A stretch of DNA of 64,000 nucleotides from the NCBI GenBank assembly GCA_017651185.1, contig JAGCDJ010000031.1:4631-68630 (forward strand). Reading direction: 5' to 3'. The first letter of the stretch is position 1; each line of letters opens with the position of its first letter. The notes below the pieces were generated by a model. The model was given only the letters and a program-made list of their open reading frames with translations. It searched no databases and was not told the DNA's origin. Position numbers and translations under genes: made by a program. The stretch comes from Bacteroidales bacterium. Lineage in GTDB: Bacteria > Bacteroidota > Bacteroidia > Bacteroidales > ML635J-15. Shown here in pieces: positions 53,727 through 63,823 of this stretch.

Positions 53727-56138
53727 ATGAAGCGTGTTTGCGTATATTGTATCTTGTTGGCAATGATGATGTTGCCACAATTCATATATGCACAGAAGTA
53801 CACGATAAGCGGTTATGTTAAGGACAAGGCAACTGGCGAAGACCTGATTGGCGCAAATGTCATGGTGGTGGGGCAGACGATTGGTACAAGCGCGAACGGT
53901 TACGGTTTCTATTCGCTGACACTTCCAAGCGGTTCTTACGACATAATCTATTCGTTCATCGGTTATAGTGACGATACGGTTCATGTAAAACTGAATGCCG
54001 ATAAGACTTTGACGGTTCATCTTTCATCATCGGCAATAATGACACAGGAGGTTGTTGTGACAGCCGAGCGCAAGGCCAATGTGCAGAGCAGTCAGATGAG
54101 CGTTGTGCGTCTGCCAGTGGAGACGGTGAAAAGTTTGCCTGCCTTTATGGGCGAGGTTGATGTGTTGAAAACCATACAGTTGATGCCTGGCGTTCAGTCG
54201 GCTGGCGATGGTAATGCCGGTTTTTATGTGCGTGGCGGTGGTCCCGACCAGAACCTTATTCTGCTCGATGAGGCAACCGTTTACAATGCATCGCACCTTT
54301 TCGGATTCTTTTCCGTTTTCAATGCCGATGCTGTGAAGGACATGGAGATGTTCAAGGGCGGTATGCCTGCCGAATATGGCGGCCGAATTAGCTCTGTATT
54401 AAATATTTCCATGAAAAACGGAAACATGAAGGAATATCATGTCGAGGGTGGAATTGGAACTGTTTCATCGCGTTTTACGGTGCAGGGACCTATTGTGAAG
54501 GACAAGGCATCGTTCATTGTTTCGGCACGGCGTACTTATGCCGATGCTTTGATAAGACCGTTTACCAAGAAAACTTCGCTTTTGAGGACATCGGGCTACT
54601 ATTTCTTCGACCTCAACGCAAAGGCAAATTGGATTATCAACGAAAACAACCGCTTGTATCTCAGTGGATATTACGGTTACGACAAGTTTGTATTCGGTAG
54701 CAAGGAAATGGGTCTTAAAATGAATATGCCGTGGGGAAATGGTTTCGTGGCACTTCGTTACAACCATTTGTTCAACAACAAGTTCTTCTCGAATACAAGC
54801 GTAATTTGGTCAAACTACAAGTTCAATACCTCAATCGAGATGCTCACAATGGTTGACGAAGATGCAGAAAACAATGAAAATGCATCTGGTTTTGCCTTGA
54901 AGCAGAAGTCGGGCATAAACGATTGGAATGTGAAGCAGGATTTCACTTGGCTTGCAGGTCCTAAAAATACTGTGAAGTTCGGTATAAATTACACCCATCA
55001 CGAGTTTACGCCCAATACAATGACTACCGAAATTTCGGATACTACGCTTGGCGAAAACTTTGCTAACGATAACAACCAGTTTGCTCACGAGATAGGCATT
55101 TATATTGGCGATGACTTCAAGATAAACGACAGGTTTACATTGTATTTGGGTGTTCGCAATTCGTATTTCGTTCATGTCGGACCATTTACTCGCTATGTGA
55201 AGGACGACCTGCATCAGAATACAATAGATGAAATCCGCTACAAGGCAAATCAGCCGGTGGCATTCTATTGGGACATTGAACCACGTGCATCATTCAAGGT
55301 TTCGATTAACGACAATTCATCAATCAAGGCGTCGTATATGCGCAATTCGCAGTATATACACCTTGCATCAATTTCATCCACTACCTTGCCAATCGACCTT
55401 TGGGTTGCTTGTAGCGATGTTGTTAAGCCGCAGAAGGGAAGCCAGTACGCGCTAGGATATTTCCAGAACTTGTTCAATGATAAGTACGAAGGTTCGGTAG
55501 AGGTTTACTACAAGACTTTGCAAAACCAGATAGAATACATGGACGGCGCCTTGCCTGGTGACGACATTTCCGACAACGCCGACAACTATTTCATTTTCGG
55601 TAAGGGCTATTCGTATGGCGTTGAATTTTTCTTCAAGAAACGAGTTGGACTTTTCACGGGTTGGATTGGCTATACTTGGTCGAAAACCAATAAGATTTTT
55701 GACGAAATCGACAATGGAGAACCTTTCCCAGCCAAGTACGATCGTCGCCACGACCTTTCTCTTACTGCAACCTACCAGATTACCGAGCGCCTGACAGCAT
55801 CGGCTGTATTTGTCTATGCAACAGGTAACACGACAACCTTGCCAATTTCATCGTATGTAATCGATGGCGACATTGTGAACGAGTACGGCAAAAGAAATTC
55901 TTATCGTATGCCATCTTATCACCGCCTCGATTTGTCAGTTACATACGATATAAAGACGAAAAAGAACTGGAAATCATCGTTCAATTTCTCAATCTACAAT
56001 GTCTATAACCACAAGAATCCATATTTCATATATGTGTACCATACTGGAAATGTAAAGGATGGAACATATAAGACTGTAGCAAAGCAGTTGTCGCTGATTC
56101 CGATTTTGCCAGCAATAACATGGAACTTTAAATTTTGA
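53727..56138 (+). CDS. TonB-dependent outer-membrane receptor (carboxypeptidase-regulatory-like N-domain, plug, barrel)
   Basis: YTISGYVKDKATGEDLIGANV N-domain, plug motifs (VVVTAER..., GGPDQNLILLDEATVYN), and a beta-barrel ending in ...ITWNFKF. Confidence 0.9.
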   Translation: MKRVCVYCILLAMMMLPQFIYAQKYTISGYVKDKATGEDLIGANVMVVGQTIGTSANGYGFYSLTLPSGSYDIIYSFIGYSDDTVHVKLNADKTLTVHLSSSAIMTQEVVVTAERKANVQSSQMSVVRLPVETVKSLPAFMGEVDVLKTIQLMPGVQSAGDGNAGFYVRGGGPDQNLILLDEATVYNASHLFGFFSVFNADAVKDMEMFKGGMPAEYGGRISSVLNISMKNGNMKEYHVEGGIGTVSSRFTVQGPIVKDKASFIVSARRTYADALIRPFTKKTSLLRTSGYYFFDLNAKANWIINENNRLYLSGYYGYDKFVFGSKEMGLKMNMPWGNGFVALRYNHLFNNKFFSNTSVIWSNYKFNTSIEMLTMVDEDAENNENASGFALKQKSGINDWNVKQDFTWLAGPKNTVKFGINYTHHEFTPNTMTTEISDTTLGENFANDNNQFAHEIGIYIGDDFKINDRFTLYLGVRNSYFVHVGPFTRYVKDDLHQNTIDEIRYKANQPVAFYWDIEPRASFKVSINDNSSIKASYMRNSQYIHLASISSTTLPIDLWVACSDVVKPQKGSQYALGYFQNLFNDKYEGSVEVYYKTLQNQIEYMDGALPGDDISDNADNYFIFGKGYSYGVEFFFKKRVGLFTGWIGYTWSKTNKIFDEIDNGEPFPAKYDRRHDLSLTATYQITERLTASAVFVYATGNTTTLPISSYVIDGDIVNEYGKRNSYRMPSYHRLDLSVTYDIKTKKNWKSSFNFSIYNVYNHKNPYFIYVYHTGNVKDGTYKTVAKQLSLIPILPAITWNFKF

Positions 56139-57106
56139 TGTCGATGAGAGAGAATTTATATAAGATATTGATAATTTTCGTGCTGGTATCGCTGACCGTG
56201 ATTTCATCGTGCATCAAGGACATAACAGTTGATATTCCACAGGCAGACCCTTGCCTTGTGGTTGATGGTTATATTGACTTGGATGACTATCCTGTAGTGT
56301 ATTTGTCGACAAGCATGGCATATTTTCAGGAACTTGATACAAATGTTGTGAATGACATGCAAATAACCGACGAGAGCGCCATAGTCATCGTTTCCGATGG
56401 TAGCATCTCCGACACCTTGCAGTACCTTCCCATACAGCATTGGCCGTACAAGTGCTTCCAAGGGACTAAGTTTGTTGGTCAGCAAAAGCATCGCTACGAC
56501 TTGAAGATTCTATACGGTGGCAATACCTACACATCGTCAACTTATATTCCCGATTCCATACCGATTGATACGGTGTTCCCGACTTTCATGGATGATACTT
56601 TCGCTGTGATGAGAATAAACTGGAAAGACCCAAAGTACGAGAGCAACTATTATTCAATTCATGTCAAGAACCAGACCCAGCCGATGTTTTACAGGCCATA
56701 CGCGCTTAACCACATCATCAGCGACAAGTTGTGCGACGGACAGGAAATGTCCTTTGCAATGGTGGTAAAAGGTATGGAGCGAAATGCATATTATGACAAT
56801 TTCTTTACTCAGGAAGAGCGGGATTCGTTTATGTACAAGTTGGGCGACATTTTCTGCTTCCGCGTTGGCGATTCGGTTTCGCTGAAACTTTCCACCATGG
56901 ATAATATTTCGTACAATGTGTGGGAATCGTGGTACCGAAACTGGATTACCGATGGCAATCCGTTTACAAATCCGGCAACTGTCAAAACCAATATCAATGC
57001 TCCCGAAGGAATCAAAGCACGTGGTTTTTGGGCAGGTTACGGATGCAATTATCGTTCGCTTTATTTGTACAGCAAGGATTCTGTTGTGCCGATAGGGGAG
57101 TTCTAA
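56138..57106 (+). CDS. DUF4249-type lipoprotein partner of the receptor
   Basis: Lipobox VISSC, then the PCLVVDGYIDLDDYPVVYLSTS pattern. The start overlaps the receptor stop (TGATG). Confidence 0.65.
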   Translation: MSMRENLYKILIIFVLVSLTVISSCIKDITVDIPQADPCLVVDGYIDLDDYPVVYLSTSMAYFQELDTNVVNDMQITDESAIVIVSDGSISDTLQYLPIQHWPYKCFQGTKFVGQQKHRYDLKILYGGNTYTSSTYIPDSIPIDTVFPTFMDDTFAVMRINWKDPKYESNYYSIHVKNQTQPMFYRPYALNHIISDKLCDGQEMSFAMVVKGMERNAYYDNFFTQEERDSFMYKLGDIFCFRVGDSVSLKLSTMDNISYNVWESWYRNWITDGNPFTNPATVKTNINAPEGIKARGFWAGYGCNYRSLYLYSKDSVVPIGEF

Positions 57107-57110
57107 TCTT

Positions 57111-57155
57111 CAAACCATCTCAAACAACTTGAAACCATTTCAAACAATTTTAAAC
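57111..57155. repeat. Five (C/G/T)AAAC words at exact 10-bp spacing (helically phased A-tracts)
   Basis: CAAAC 57111, CAAAC 57121, GAAAC 57131, CAAAC 57141, TAAAC 57151. Confidence 0.7.
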
Positions 57156-57201
57156 TTATAAACTAGAAATTAGAAACGGCGCAAGCCATAGAACATTACC
57201 T

Positions 57202-58173
57202 ATGCTTTGTATCTTCAATAACTCAAATGATGCCTATTTTAACATGGCGGTAGAAGAATATGTGTTCACGCATTTCACTGATGATATATTTATGCTTTGG
57301 CGCAACGAACCAGCGATTATTGTTGGTCTGTTCCAGAATTCGCTTGCCGAAATAAATCTCGACTATGTGAAGGAAAAGAACATAAAGGTTGTGCGCCGTC
57401 TGACTGGCGGCGGGGCTGTGTTCCACGATTTGCAGAATTTGAATTTTACCTTTGTCGAAAGCAATAGCAAGGGCAATTTCCGCACTTTCACCCAGCCGAT
57501 TATTGAAGTGCTAAACGGAATTGGTGTAGATGCTCGCTTCGAAGGTCGAAATGACCTTATGATTGACGGACGCAAGTTCTCTGGCAATGCGCAGTGCGTA
57601 AGCAACGGACGAATGTTGCATCATGGAACCTTGTTGTTTGATACCGCTATGACAGATATGTCGAATGCATTGAAAGTAAACCCGCTTAAGTTTGAGGACA
57701 AGGCAGTTAAGTCGGTGCGCAAGCGCGTGACAAACATTAGCGAGCATCTAAAATCACCGATGACGGTTCTTCAGTTTGCCGACCTTATAATGAAGCATAT
57801 TATGGAAACTCGGGCAAACTGCCAGCCATACGAATTTACGGATGAGGACCTTGCTGCAATAAAGAAATTGCGTGATGAAAAATACTCCACATGGGAGTGG
57901 AATTTCGGTCATTCGCCAAAATATTCCTATTCGAAGATGATAAGGACAAAGGGCGGAAATGTCGAGTTGCATCTCAATATCGAGAAGGGAATTATTACGG
58001 CTGCGAAGATTTATGGCGATTTCTTTGCGAAGCGTGATGTCAGCGATTTCGAGAAATTATTAATAGGTGTTCGCCACGAAAAGGATGCAGTAGCCGATTT
58101 GCTTACGAAGGTAAATCCCGAAGATTACTTCCTTGGTGTTACCAATGAGGATGTGATTGCGTTGGTGTTTTAA
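57202..58173 (+). CDS. lplA: Lipoate-protein ligase A
   Basis: NSNDAYFNMAVEEYVF N-terminus, RRLTGGGAVFHD, GRKFSGNAQ, and a C-terminal LplA accessory domain. Confidence 0.9.
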   Translation: MLCIFNNSNDAYFNMAVEEYVFTHFTDDIFMLWRNEPAIIVGLFQNSLAEINLDYVKEKNIKVVRRLTGGGAVFHDLQNLNFTFVESNSKGNFRTFTQPIIEVLNGIGVDARFEGRNDLMIDGRKFSGNAQCVSNGRMLHHGTLLFDTAMTDMSNALKVNPLKFEDKAVKSVRKRVTNISEHLKSPMTVLQFADLIMKHIMETRANCQPYEFTDEDLAAIKKLRDEKYSTWEWNFGHSPKYSYSKMIRTKGGNVELHLNIEKGIITAAKIYGDFFAKRDVSDFEKLLIGVRHEKDAVADLLTKVNPEDYFLGVTNEDVIALVF

Positions 58174-58235
58174 ATGGCTAACAGGCTCACAGTCTAACAG
58201 GCGAGCAGTCTTACAGTCTTGCCGCCTTATTTAGC

Positions 58236-58319
58236 CTTTGAACCTTGATCCTTGATCCTTGAACCTTAAACGTTAAACCTTGAACCTTGAACTTTGAACG
58301 TTAAACCTTGAACCAGAAC
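58236..58319. repeat. Twelve tandem 7-nt units, consensus CCTTGAA
   Basis: ctttgaa ccttgat ccttgat ccttgaa ccttaaa cgttaaa ccttgaa ccttgaa ctttgaa cgttaaa ccttgaa ccagaac. Confidence 0.85.
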
Positions 58320-58361
58320 GGCGAAGCCCTCAACAAAGTTAAACCAGACCCGGCGTAGTTC

Positions 58362-60242
58362 TTATCTGTTTTTCATCAGAAACGGCAGCACGTCCTTGTT
58401 GTCGTTCCATATTTTTGGGAATAGGGATATAGGCAGGGGGGATGTACCCAAACCGATTTCGATAGTGGCGGCCTTTATGCCTTTAGATGTAGCCCAGTTG
58501 CTGCATCCTGTGCCGAAATCCTCCTCCGAATGATATTCGTAGTTGGTGACGTCCTTAAGTCCTTCGGCAAGGTTCTGGCATTGCTGTCGGAAATCGTCTT
58601 TCTGTCCATATGCCCAGAAAATTTCCTCGCCAGCCGAATGATAGCTTATCAGGGTCACTATGTTTCCTAACGATTCCACAAGTCCGACCAAAGCCTGAGT
58701 CTCGAGTTCTGAATGCGCGTTGGCACCTCGGTAGTTTGCGCTGCGGGGTGACTTCAAAAATGTCTTGATATGGCGGTTGACATCGAAGTTCCTATTCAAG
58801 TCAACTCCGAGGGCGTTGCTCTTCCACATTCTTAGGAATGTGTTCAGTTCTGGTCGATTGCGAACCTTGGGGTTTTCTGTGTAGTATATCTTCATTATGT
58901 TGTCACGGATATGCGGGTCGCGGATGCTATCGAGTCCGAATTGAGATATGCACACTCCATCAGGGTTGAGCATCGGGATTATATGAAGTTGGCAGTCTTC
59001 GGTCAGTTCCGAATAGCTTGCGCCGTCAAATGTTCCCGACCAGAAGTTTTGTAGAAAATGCTCTGTCTGGCACATCACAAGTTGGCTACACATGTATTCG
59101 CGTGCGTGTGACGTGGCCTGTACGATGACTTGTCTGCTTGAATTGTCATTGCCGATTATGAGGTCGAAAACAATCCTTCTGTCGGCGGTTGCACCCAAAG
59201 TGTCGATTGTGAGAAGCGAGGGGTATTGCTCCGACAGCCTTTTAATGTCGGCACATAGCTTGTCGTATGAGTAAAGTTCGCTTATGGTGTCGGTCACCCA
59301 TTCGACTTTGTTCCAGTTTGTGCGCAGTATCCCGTTTTCGTCGAAGTAGCACATCTCGCCGTCGGCCGAGAAGTATCCTGTGACTTTCGCTCCTGAAATG
59401 TGGTCGATGAATGTCAGTCCGTCTTCGGTGTTCTTCCAACCGCCGATGTGCAGTTGTCCGCGTTCTATTCCGTGTTCCTTGCAGTAGCTGTCGAAATCGT
59501 CACTGTTGACGATGAGTCTGAGTATTGCACGTCGTGTGTAGTTCTGCGAAAGCAAGCCGATATAGTGTTCTCTTTCCCGATCTCTGAGATTTATGGCGAG
59601 CGCCGATGCAAGGCATTCTACATAAAGAGAGTCGTTTAATGTGTTCATTATTGGGCTGTTGCACACTATACTGTCGGCGACTGATGCAGCTGTGGCATTG
59701 CCGTCGAGCAGGAGGTTGAGATCTTCGGCTGAGGCCTTTCTGTTGTTGGTGAACGAGAATACACGTTGTGCTAGCATTGTCAGTTCGGCGTTTCTGTCCC
59801 TATTTTCCAAGACGCCAGCATTTCCACTTTCAATTCCATGCTTGGCGCACAGGCTATGGAAACTTTCGCTGTTGATGATGTAGTTGCATACGTATTTGCG
59901 GCTTATGCCATTTTCAAGGTACGACAATAGCTTGTCGCGTTCATTTTGTTCGATTTGGTTTGGTATTATTGTGAGCAAGTCGCCTATATATGCGCTGTCG
60001 GGTTTGGAATTGCATTGGGGCAGGTTTGAAAAATCGCACAATATTTCGGCTCCTGTTTTCTGTTTTGCTGTAAGTAGTCTTGTGAGACTGTCGGTAAGTG
60101 TGCGCGACGGAATATCACCTGTTGCGATTTTGTGTATTTGTTTTATGAAAAGCTTTGGGTTCTTTGAGTCTGCTGCCATCGAAGTGAAATGGCAGAGCAT
60201 TATGAATGCAACTATGAGTATATAACGAATCCTATGCTTCAT
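58362..60242 (-). CDS. Secreted M14-family zinc carboxypeptidase (gamma-D-glutamyl-meso-DAP peptidase-like) with N-terminal accessory modules
   Basis: Signal peptide. Two DUF4214-like modules (IINSESFHSLCAKHGI / IVNSDDFDSYCKEHGI). One cell-wall-binding-type repeat (GYFSADGEMCYFDENGIL). M14 motifs SHAREY, NPDG, DLNRNF, SYHSAGE, ATIEIG. Confidence 0.8.
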   Translation of the reverse strand: MKHRIRYILIVAFIMLCHFTSMAADSKNPKLFIKQIHKIATGDIPSRTLTDSLTRLLTAKQKTGAEILCDFSNLPQCNSKPDSAYIGDLLTIIPNQIEQNERDKLLSYLENGISRKYVCNYIINSESFHSLCAKHGIESGNAGVLENRDRNAELTMLAQRVFSFTNNRKASAEDLNLLLDGNATAASVADSIVCNSPIMNTLNDSLYVECLASALAINLRDREREHYIGLLSQNYTRRAILRLIVNSDDFDSYCKEHGIERGQLHIGGWKNTEDGLTFIDHISGAKVTGYFSADGEMCYFDENGILRTNWNKVEWVTDTISELYSYDKLCADIKRLSEQYPSLLTIDTLGATADRRIVFDLIIGNDNSSRQVIVQATSHAREYMCSQLVMCQTEHFLQNFWSGTFDGASYSELTEDCQLHIIPMLNPDGVCISQFGLDSIRDPHIRDNIMKIYYTENPKVRNRPELNTFLRMWKSNALGVDLNRNFDVNRHIKTFLKSPRSANYRGANAHSELETQALVGLVESLGNIVTLISYHSAGEEIFWAYGQKDDFRQQCQNLAEGLKDVTNYEYHSEEDFGTGCSNWATSKGIKAATIEIGLGTSPLPISLFPKIWNDNKDVLPFLMKNR

Positions 60243-60338
60243 TCCAATAGAAAGACTTGATTATTCCCTCTTGAAGTTTTACTTTCATAATCGTATCCCC
60301 TTTTAGTCGTTTGCTGTTCCTGCGTGTCGATTATGGCG

Positions 60339-60346
60339 CAAAGATA
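60339..60346 (-). promoter_or_regulatory. -7 promoter box (TATCTTTG) for the M14 peptidase gene
   Basis: Exact TAnnTTTG on the minus strand, 96 nt upstream of ATG 60242. Confidence 0.4.
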
Positions 60347-60361
60347 ATGATTTTTGAAATA

Positions 60362-60417
60362 CGTTGAACCTTGAACGTTAAACGTTGAACCTGAAACTAG
60401 AAACTTGAAACCAGAAA
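60362..60417. repeat. Eight tandem 7-nt units of the same family (C[CG]TTGAA drifting to CNNGAAA)
   Basis: cgttgaa ccttgaa cgttaaa cgttgaa cctgaaa ctagaaa cttgaaa ccagaaa. Confidence 0.8.
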
Positions 60418-60423
60418 CGGGCG

Positions 60424-61227
60424 TTAGCCATTGAAACTTCTCATCACCCACACTGCTATCGTTACCCACGGAATTGTGAATATAAAGCTGTCGAGTCTGT
60501 CGAGCAGTCCGCCGTGGCCTGGTATGAGGTTGCCCGAATCCTTGACGCCTGCGCTACGCTTAAACATCGATTCGATGAAGTCGCCAAGAATTGCAAAAAC
60601 ACCAACGGTAGCACCAATTACGCACCATTGCCATACCTCGAATCCCAATTTCGGGAAAAGGTAGCCACCAAATGCTGCTGCGGTTATTGTGAAGACGAAT
60701 CCACCGATTGCACCTTCCCACGATTTTTTTGGCGAAATGCGTTCGAAAATCTTGTGCTTGCCAAACTTGCAGCCAACCAAATAAGCCATTGTGTCCGAAA
60801 TCCAAATCAGTATGAAAACAGCCATTATCAGTTGGTTGTCAGTCATGCCAATGTAGGTGGCTAGGCTAAGAGGTAGCGCAATGTATATCAGAGCGAGGAA
60901 AGACTTGCCAAGGCGTTCTTCCTGCTTTGTGTCGTGTTCGAAAAGTTGTATTATGAAAAGGGAAAGGATCAATGCTAAAAGCGGGACGGCAGTTATAAAG
61001 AAACCTTTGCTGCCCCAGTATGCTGTAAGTATTGCAAACGTACCAATCGTTTCGATAAACATTGTCCTAAAAATGGACATTTTGAACATCTTCATAAACT
61101 CGTGGAGCATAATGACAGTGCAAAATCCTATGTATATTGCACAGGTGTGTTCATTGTACAACACCATAAAGCAGGTGACTGCAACGAAAAGTGCTCCAAA
61201 TATGGTACGTTTCAGAATATTAGGCAT
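60424..61227 (-). CDS. cdsA: Phosphatidate cytidylyltransferase
   Basis: C-terminal signature SMFKRSAGVKDSGNLIPGHGGLLDRLDS and 8 transmembrane helices. The start overlaps the ftsH stop by 8 nt. Confidence 0.9.
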   Translation of the reverse strand: MPNILKRTIFGALFVAVTCFMVLYNEHTCAIYIGFCTVIMLHEFMKMFKMSIFRTMFIETIGTFAILTAYWGSKGFFITAVPLLALILSLFIIQLFEHDTKQEERLGKSFLALIYIALPLSLATYIGMTDNQLIMAVFILIWISDTMAYLVGCKFGKHKIFERISPKKSWEGAIGGFVFTITAAAFGGYLFPKLGFEVWQWCVIGATVGVFAILGDFIESMFKRSAGVKDSGNLIPGHGGLLDRLDSFIFTIPWVTIAVWVMRSFNG

Positions 61228-63265
61228 CTTGTTCGGGTTGGTTTTCGTTGTTTTCTTCTTGCTTAGGTTCTGCCTCTGCTGTTTGCTGTTCCTTTTCGGC
61301 TTTTTCCTGCTCCTTAGCCTCGTTTATTGCATCGAGTGCCTTGTTTTCGCCTTTGCGCTTTCCGAAAATCCTTTCAAGGTCATCACTGAAGATTACTTCC
61401 TTTTCCAATAGCGTTTCGGCAAGTTGCGAAAGTCCTTCCATATTGTTGCGAAGCACTTCCTTTGCGCGTTCAAACTGCTCTTCGACCATCGCCTTTACTT
61501 CCGAATCAATCTTTTCGGCAGTCTTGTCGCTATACGGTTTTGTAAAGCCATAGTCGTCAGTTGAATTGTAGTAGGATAGGTTGCCTATGTCGCTGCTCAT
61601 GCCGTAGAACGAAACCATTGCAATTGCCTGTTTGGTAACGCGTTCGAGGTCGTTGAGCGCACCAGTAGACACCTTGCCGAAATTGATTTCTTCGCTTGCA
61701 CGTCCACCTAAAGTTGCACACATTTCGTCAAGAAGTTGCTCCTTGGTTGTTATCGAGCGCTCCTCTGGCAAGTACCACGCTGCACCGAGTGCCTTTCCGC
61801 GAGGGATAATCGTCACTTTCAGCAACGGATTGGCGTATTCAAGCAACCAACTAACTGTTGCGTGTCCTGCTTCGTGGTAGGCGATAGTGCGTTTTTCGGT
61901 TTCCGAAATAATCTTGTTCTTCTTTTCCAATCCGCCGATTATGCGGTCGACGGCATCGAGGAAATCCTGCTTGTCGATTTCCTTCTTGTCGTTACGTGCA
62001 GCGATGAGGGCTGCTTCGTTGCATACGTTAGCAATGTCGGCACCGCTGAAACCTGGTGTCTGCTTGGCAAGGAAGTCAATCTTTACGCTCGAAGCCATCT
62101 TCAAATTCTTAGTGTGAACCTGGAAAATTTCCTCGCGTTCCTTTACGTCTGGAAGTTCAAGGTGAATCTGACGGTCGAAACGACCAGCACGCATAAGTGC
62201 GGAATCAAGGATTTCGGCACGGTTGGTTGCGGCAAGGATTATTACACCGCTATTTGTGTCGAAACCATCCATTTCGGTAAGAAGTTGATTCAGAGTATTT
62301 TCTCTTTCGTCGTTACCGCTGAAGCTATTTGATTTTCCACGGGCGCGACCAATGGCATCAATTTCGTCGATGAAGATAATGCACGGAGCCTTGCTCTTTG
62401 CCTGGCGGAAAAGGTCACGCACACGCGAAGCACCCACGCCGACGAACATTTCAACGAAATCGCTACCGCTGAGCGAGAAGAACGGAACATCGGCTTCGCC
62501 TGCTACTGCCTTAGCCAACAGGGTCTTACCAGTTCCTGGAGGGCCAACAAGCAATGCACCTTTCGGAATTTTACCACCGAGTTTTGTGTATTTTTCGGGA
62601 TTCTTGAGGAAATCTACAATTTCCATAACTTCAACCTTGGCTTCCTCGAGTCCAGCGACATCCTTGAAGTTGACTTTCACCTTGCGTTCCTTGTCGAAAA
62701 CCTGAGCCTTCGACTTGCCTATGCTGAAAATCTGGCCTCCGCCACCGCTACCGCCGCTCATTTTGTTGAAAACGAACCACCAAAGGACAATTATCAGTAT
62801 TATTGGGAAAATCCAGCTGAGTATTGAACCGAGATAGTCATGTTCGGTCTTGTATTCTACGCTAACACGCTGTTCCTTTGGTAAATCCTTCTGTGCTTCA
62901 GCAAGTTTTGCTTCGAAGCTTTCCACATCGCCGATATTGAAGTAGAATGTAGGCATTGAACCCGAAAATAAATTGCTTCCGCGTGCTGCTTCTCCGAACT
63001 TGTCAATGCTTTCGGGTTTAATGTATACGTCGGCGCGTTCGCGGTTTACGACAACAACCTTTTCAACATCGTTGGTCAGAAGCATTTCATTCTCGAATTT
63101 GTTCCAGTTTATTTCGTTGGCTCCGCCTCCAAAATCAACGAATGAGATGACGATTAGCACAGCAAGGATTACTATATATATAATAATCCGCACTTTGCCA
63201 TTGCCACCGTTGTTTGGTGAACCCTGATTCTCGTTGTTGGGTTTGAATCCTTTGTTACCTTCCAT
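61220..63265 (-). CDS. ftsH: ATP-dependent zinc metalloprotease FtsH
   Basis: Walker [18 protein letters not shown], Walker [13 protein letters not shown] region, and the HEAGHA zinc motif. Confidence 0.97.
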   Translation of the reverse strand: MEGNKGFKPNNENQGSPNNGGNGKVRIIIYIVILAVLIVISFVDFGGGANEINWNKFENEMLLTNDVEKVVVVNRERADVYIKPESIDKFGEAARGSNLFSGSMPTFYFNIGDVESFEAKLAEAQKDLPKEQRVSVEYKTEHDYLGSILSWIFPIILIIVLWWFVFNKMSGGSGGGGQIFSIGKSKAQVFDKERKVKVNFKDVAGLEEAKVEVMEIVDFLKNPEKYTKLGGKIPKGALLVGPPGTGKTLLAKAVAGEADVPFFSLSGSDFVEMFVGVGASRVRDLFRQAKSKAPCIIFIDEIDAIGRARGKSNSFSGNDERENTLNQLLTEMDGFDTNSGVIILAATNRAEILDSALMRAGRFDRQIHLELPDVKEREEIFQVHTKNLKMASSVKIDFLAKQTPGFSGADIANVCNEAALIAARNDKKEIDKQDFLDAVDRIIGGLEKKNKIISETEKRTIAYHEAGHATVSWLLEYANPLLKVTIIPRGKALGAAWYLPEERSITTKEQLLDEMCATLGGRASEEINFGKVSTGALNDLERVTKQAIAMVSFYGMSSDIGNLSYYNSTDDYGFTKPYSDKTAEKIDSEVKAMVEEQFERAKEVLRNNMEGLSQLAETLLEKEVIFSDDLERIFGKRKGENKALDAINEAKEQEKAEKEQQTAEAEPKQEENNENQPEQDA

Positions 63266-63270
63266 TTGTC

Positions 63271-63645
63271 TTATTTATTTTCTATAGATTTGGTTTCTGC
63301 ATCGGCCCAAAGTTGTTCGAGTTTGTAGAACTCGCGTGCTTCGGGGAGGAAAATGTGTACCACAATGTCAACATAGTCCATCAATATCCATTCGCTATTC
63401 TCAAAGCCTTCTTCCTTCCATGGTCTTTCTTTCAGAGTGCTACGCGTCTGGTACCTGATGTAGTCGGCAAGTGTGTTGGCATGGATTACCGAGTTGGCAG
63501 TACAAATAACGAAATATTTTGTAATGTGGTTTTCAATGGCTTGTAAATCCATGTTGATAACATTTTCGCCTTTCTTGTCAAGTATTGCCTGATTTATAAC
63601 TTCAAGCAGTTTTTGTGTGTCTTCTATTACTGAAAATCTACTCAT
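63271..63645 (-). CDS. rsfS: Ribosome silencing factor RsfS (iojap family)
   Basis: 124 aa. KKGENVINMDL...YFVICTANS..H..ADYI...WILMDYVDIVVHIF matches the family pattern. Confidence 0.9.
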   Translation of the reverse strand: MSRFSVIEDTQKLLEVINQAILDKKGENVINMDLQAIENHITKYFVICTANSVIHANTLADYIRYQTRSTLKERPWKEEGFENSEWILMDYVDIVVHIFLPEAREFYKLEQLWADAETKSIENK

Positions 63646-63664
63646 CCGTTTAAAAATTTGGGGA

Positions 63665-63672
63665 CAAAGATA
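63665..63672 (-). promoter_or_regulatory. -7 promoter box (TATCTTTG) for rsfS-ftsH-cdsA
   Basis: Exact TAnnTTTG on the minus strand, 19 nt upstream of ATG 63645. Confidence 0.5.
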
Positions 63673-63790
63673 CTAAATTTTAGTTAGCTTTAAGTATTAG
63701 GCGTGTTAAAAAAGAATTAAGGTTCTTGCTTGATTTGAACAGTTGATGTGTGTGTGATGGGTCGGTTTCGTAAGAAGTTGATTATAAACG

Positions 63791-63820
63791 AAAAAAGACG
63801 AACTTAATGTCCGTCTTTTT
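63791..63820 (-). terminator. Hairpin terminator downstream of tRNA-Asn
   Basis: On the minus strand: AAGACG-11 nt loop-CGTCTT followed by T6. Confidence 0.6.
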
Positions 63821-63823
63821 CTG

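Noticed and set aside
53529-54020. A 163-aa minus-strand ORF spans the ThrE/TonB-receptor junction.
   Set aside because: It overlaps the ends of two well-supported plus-strand genes and their promoter, and it has no recognisable features.
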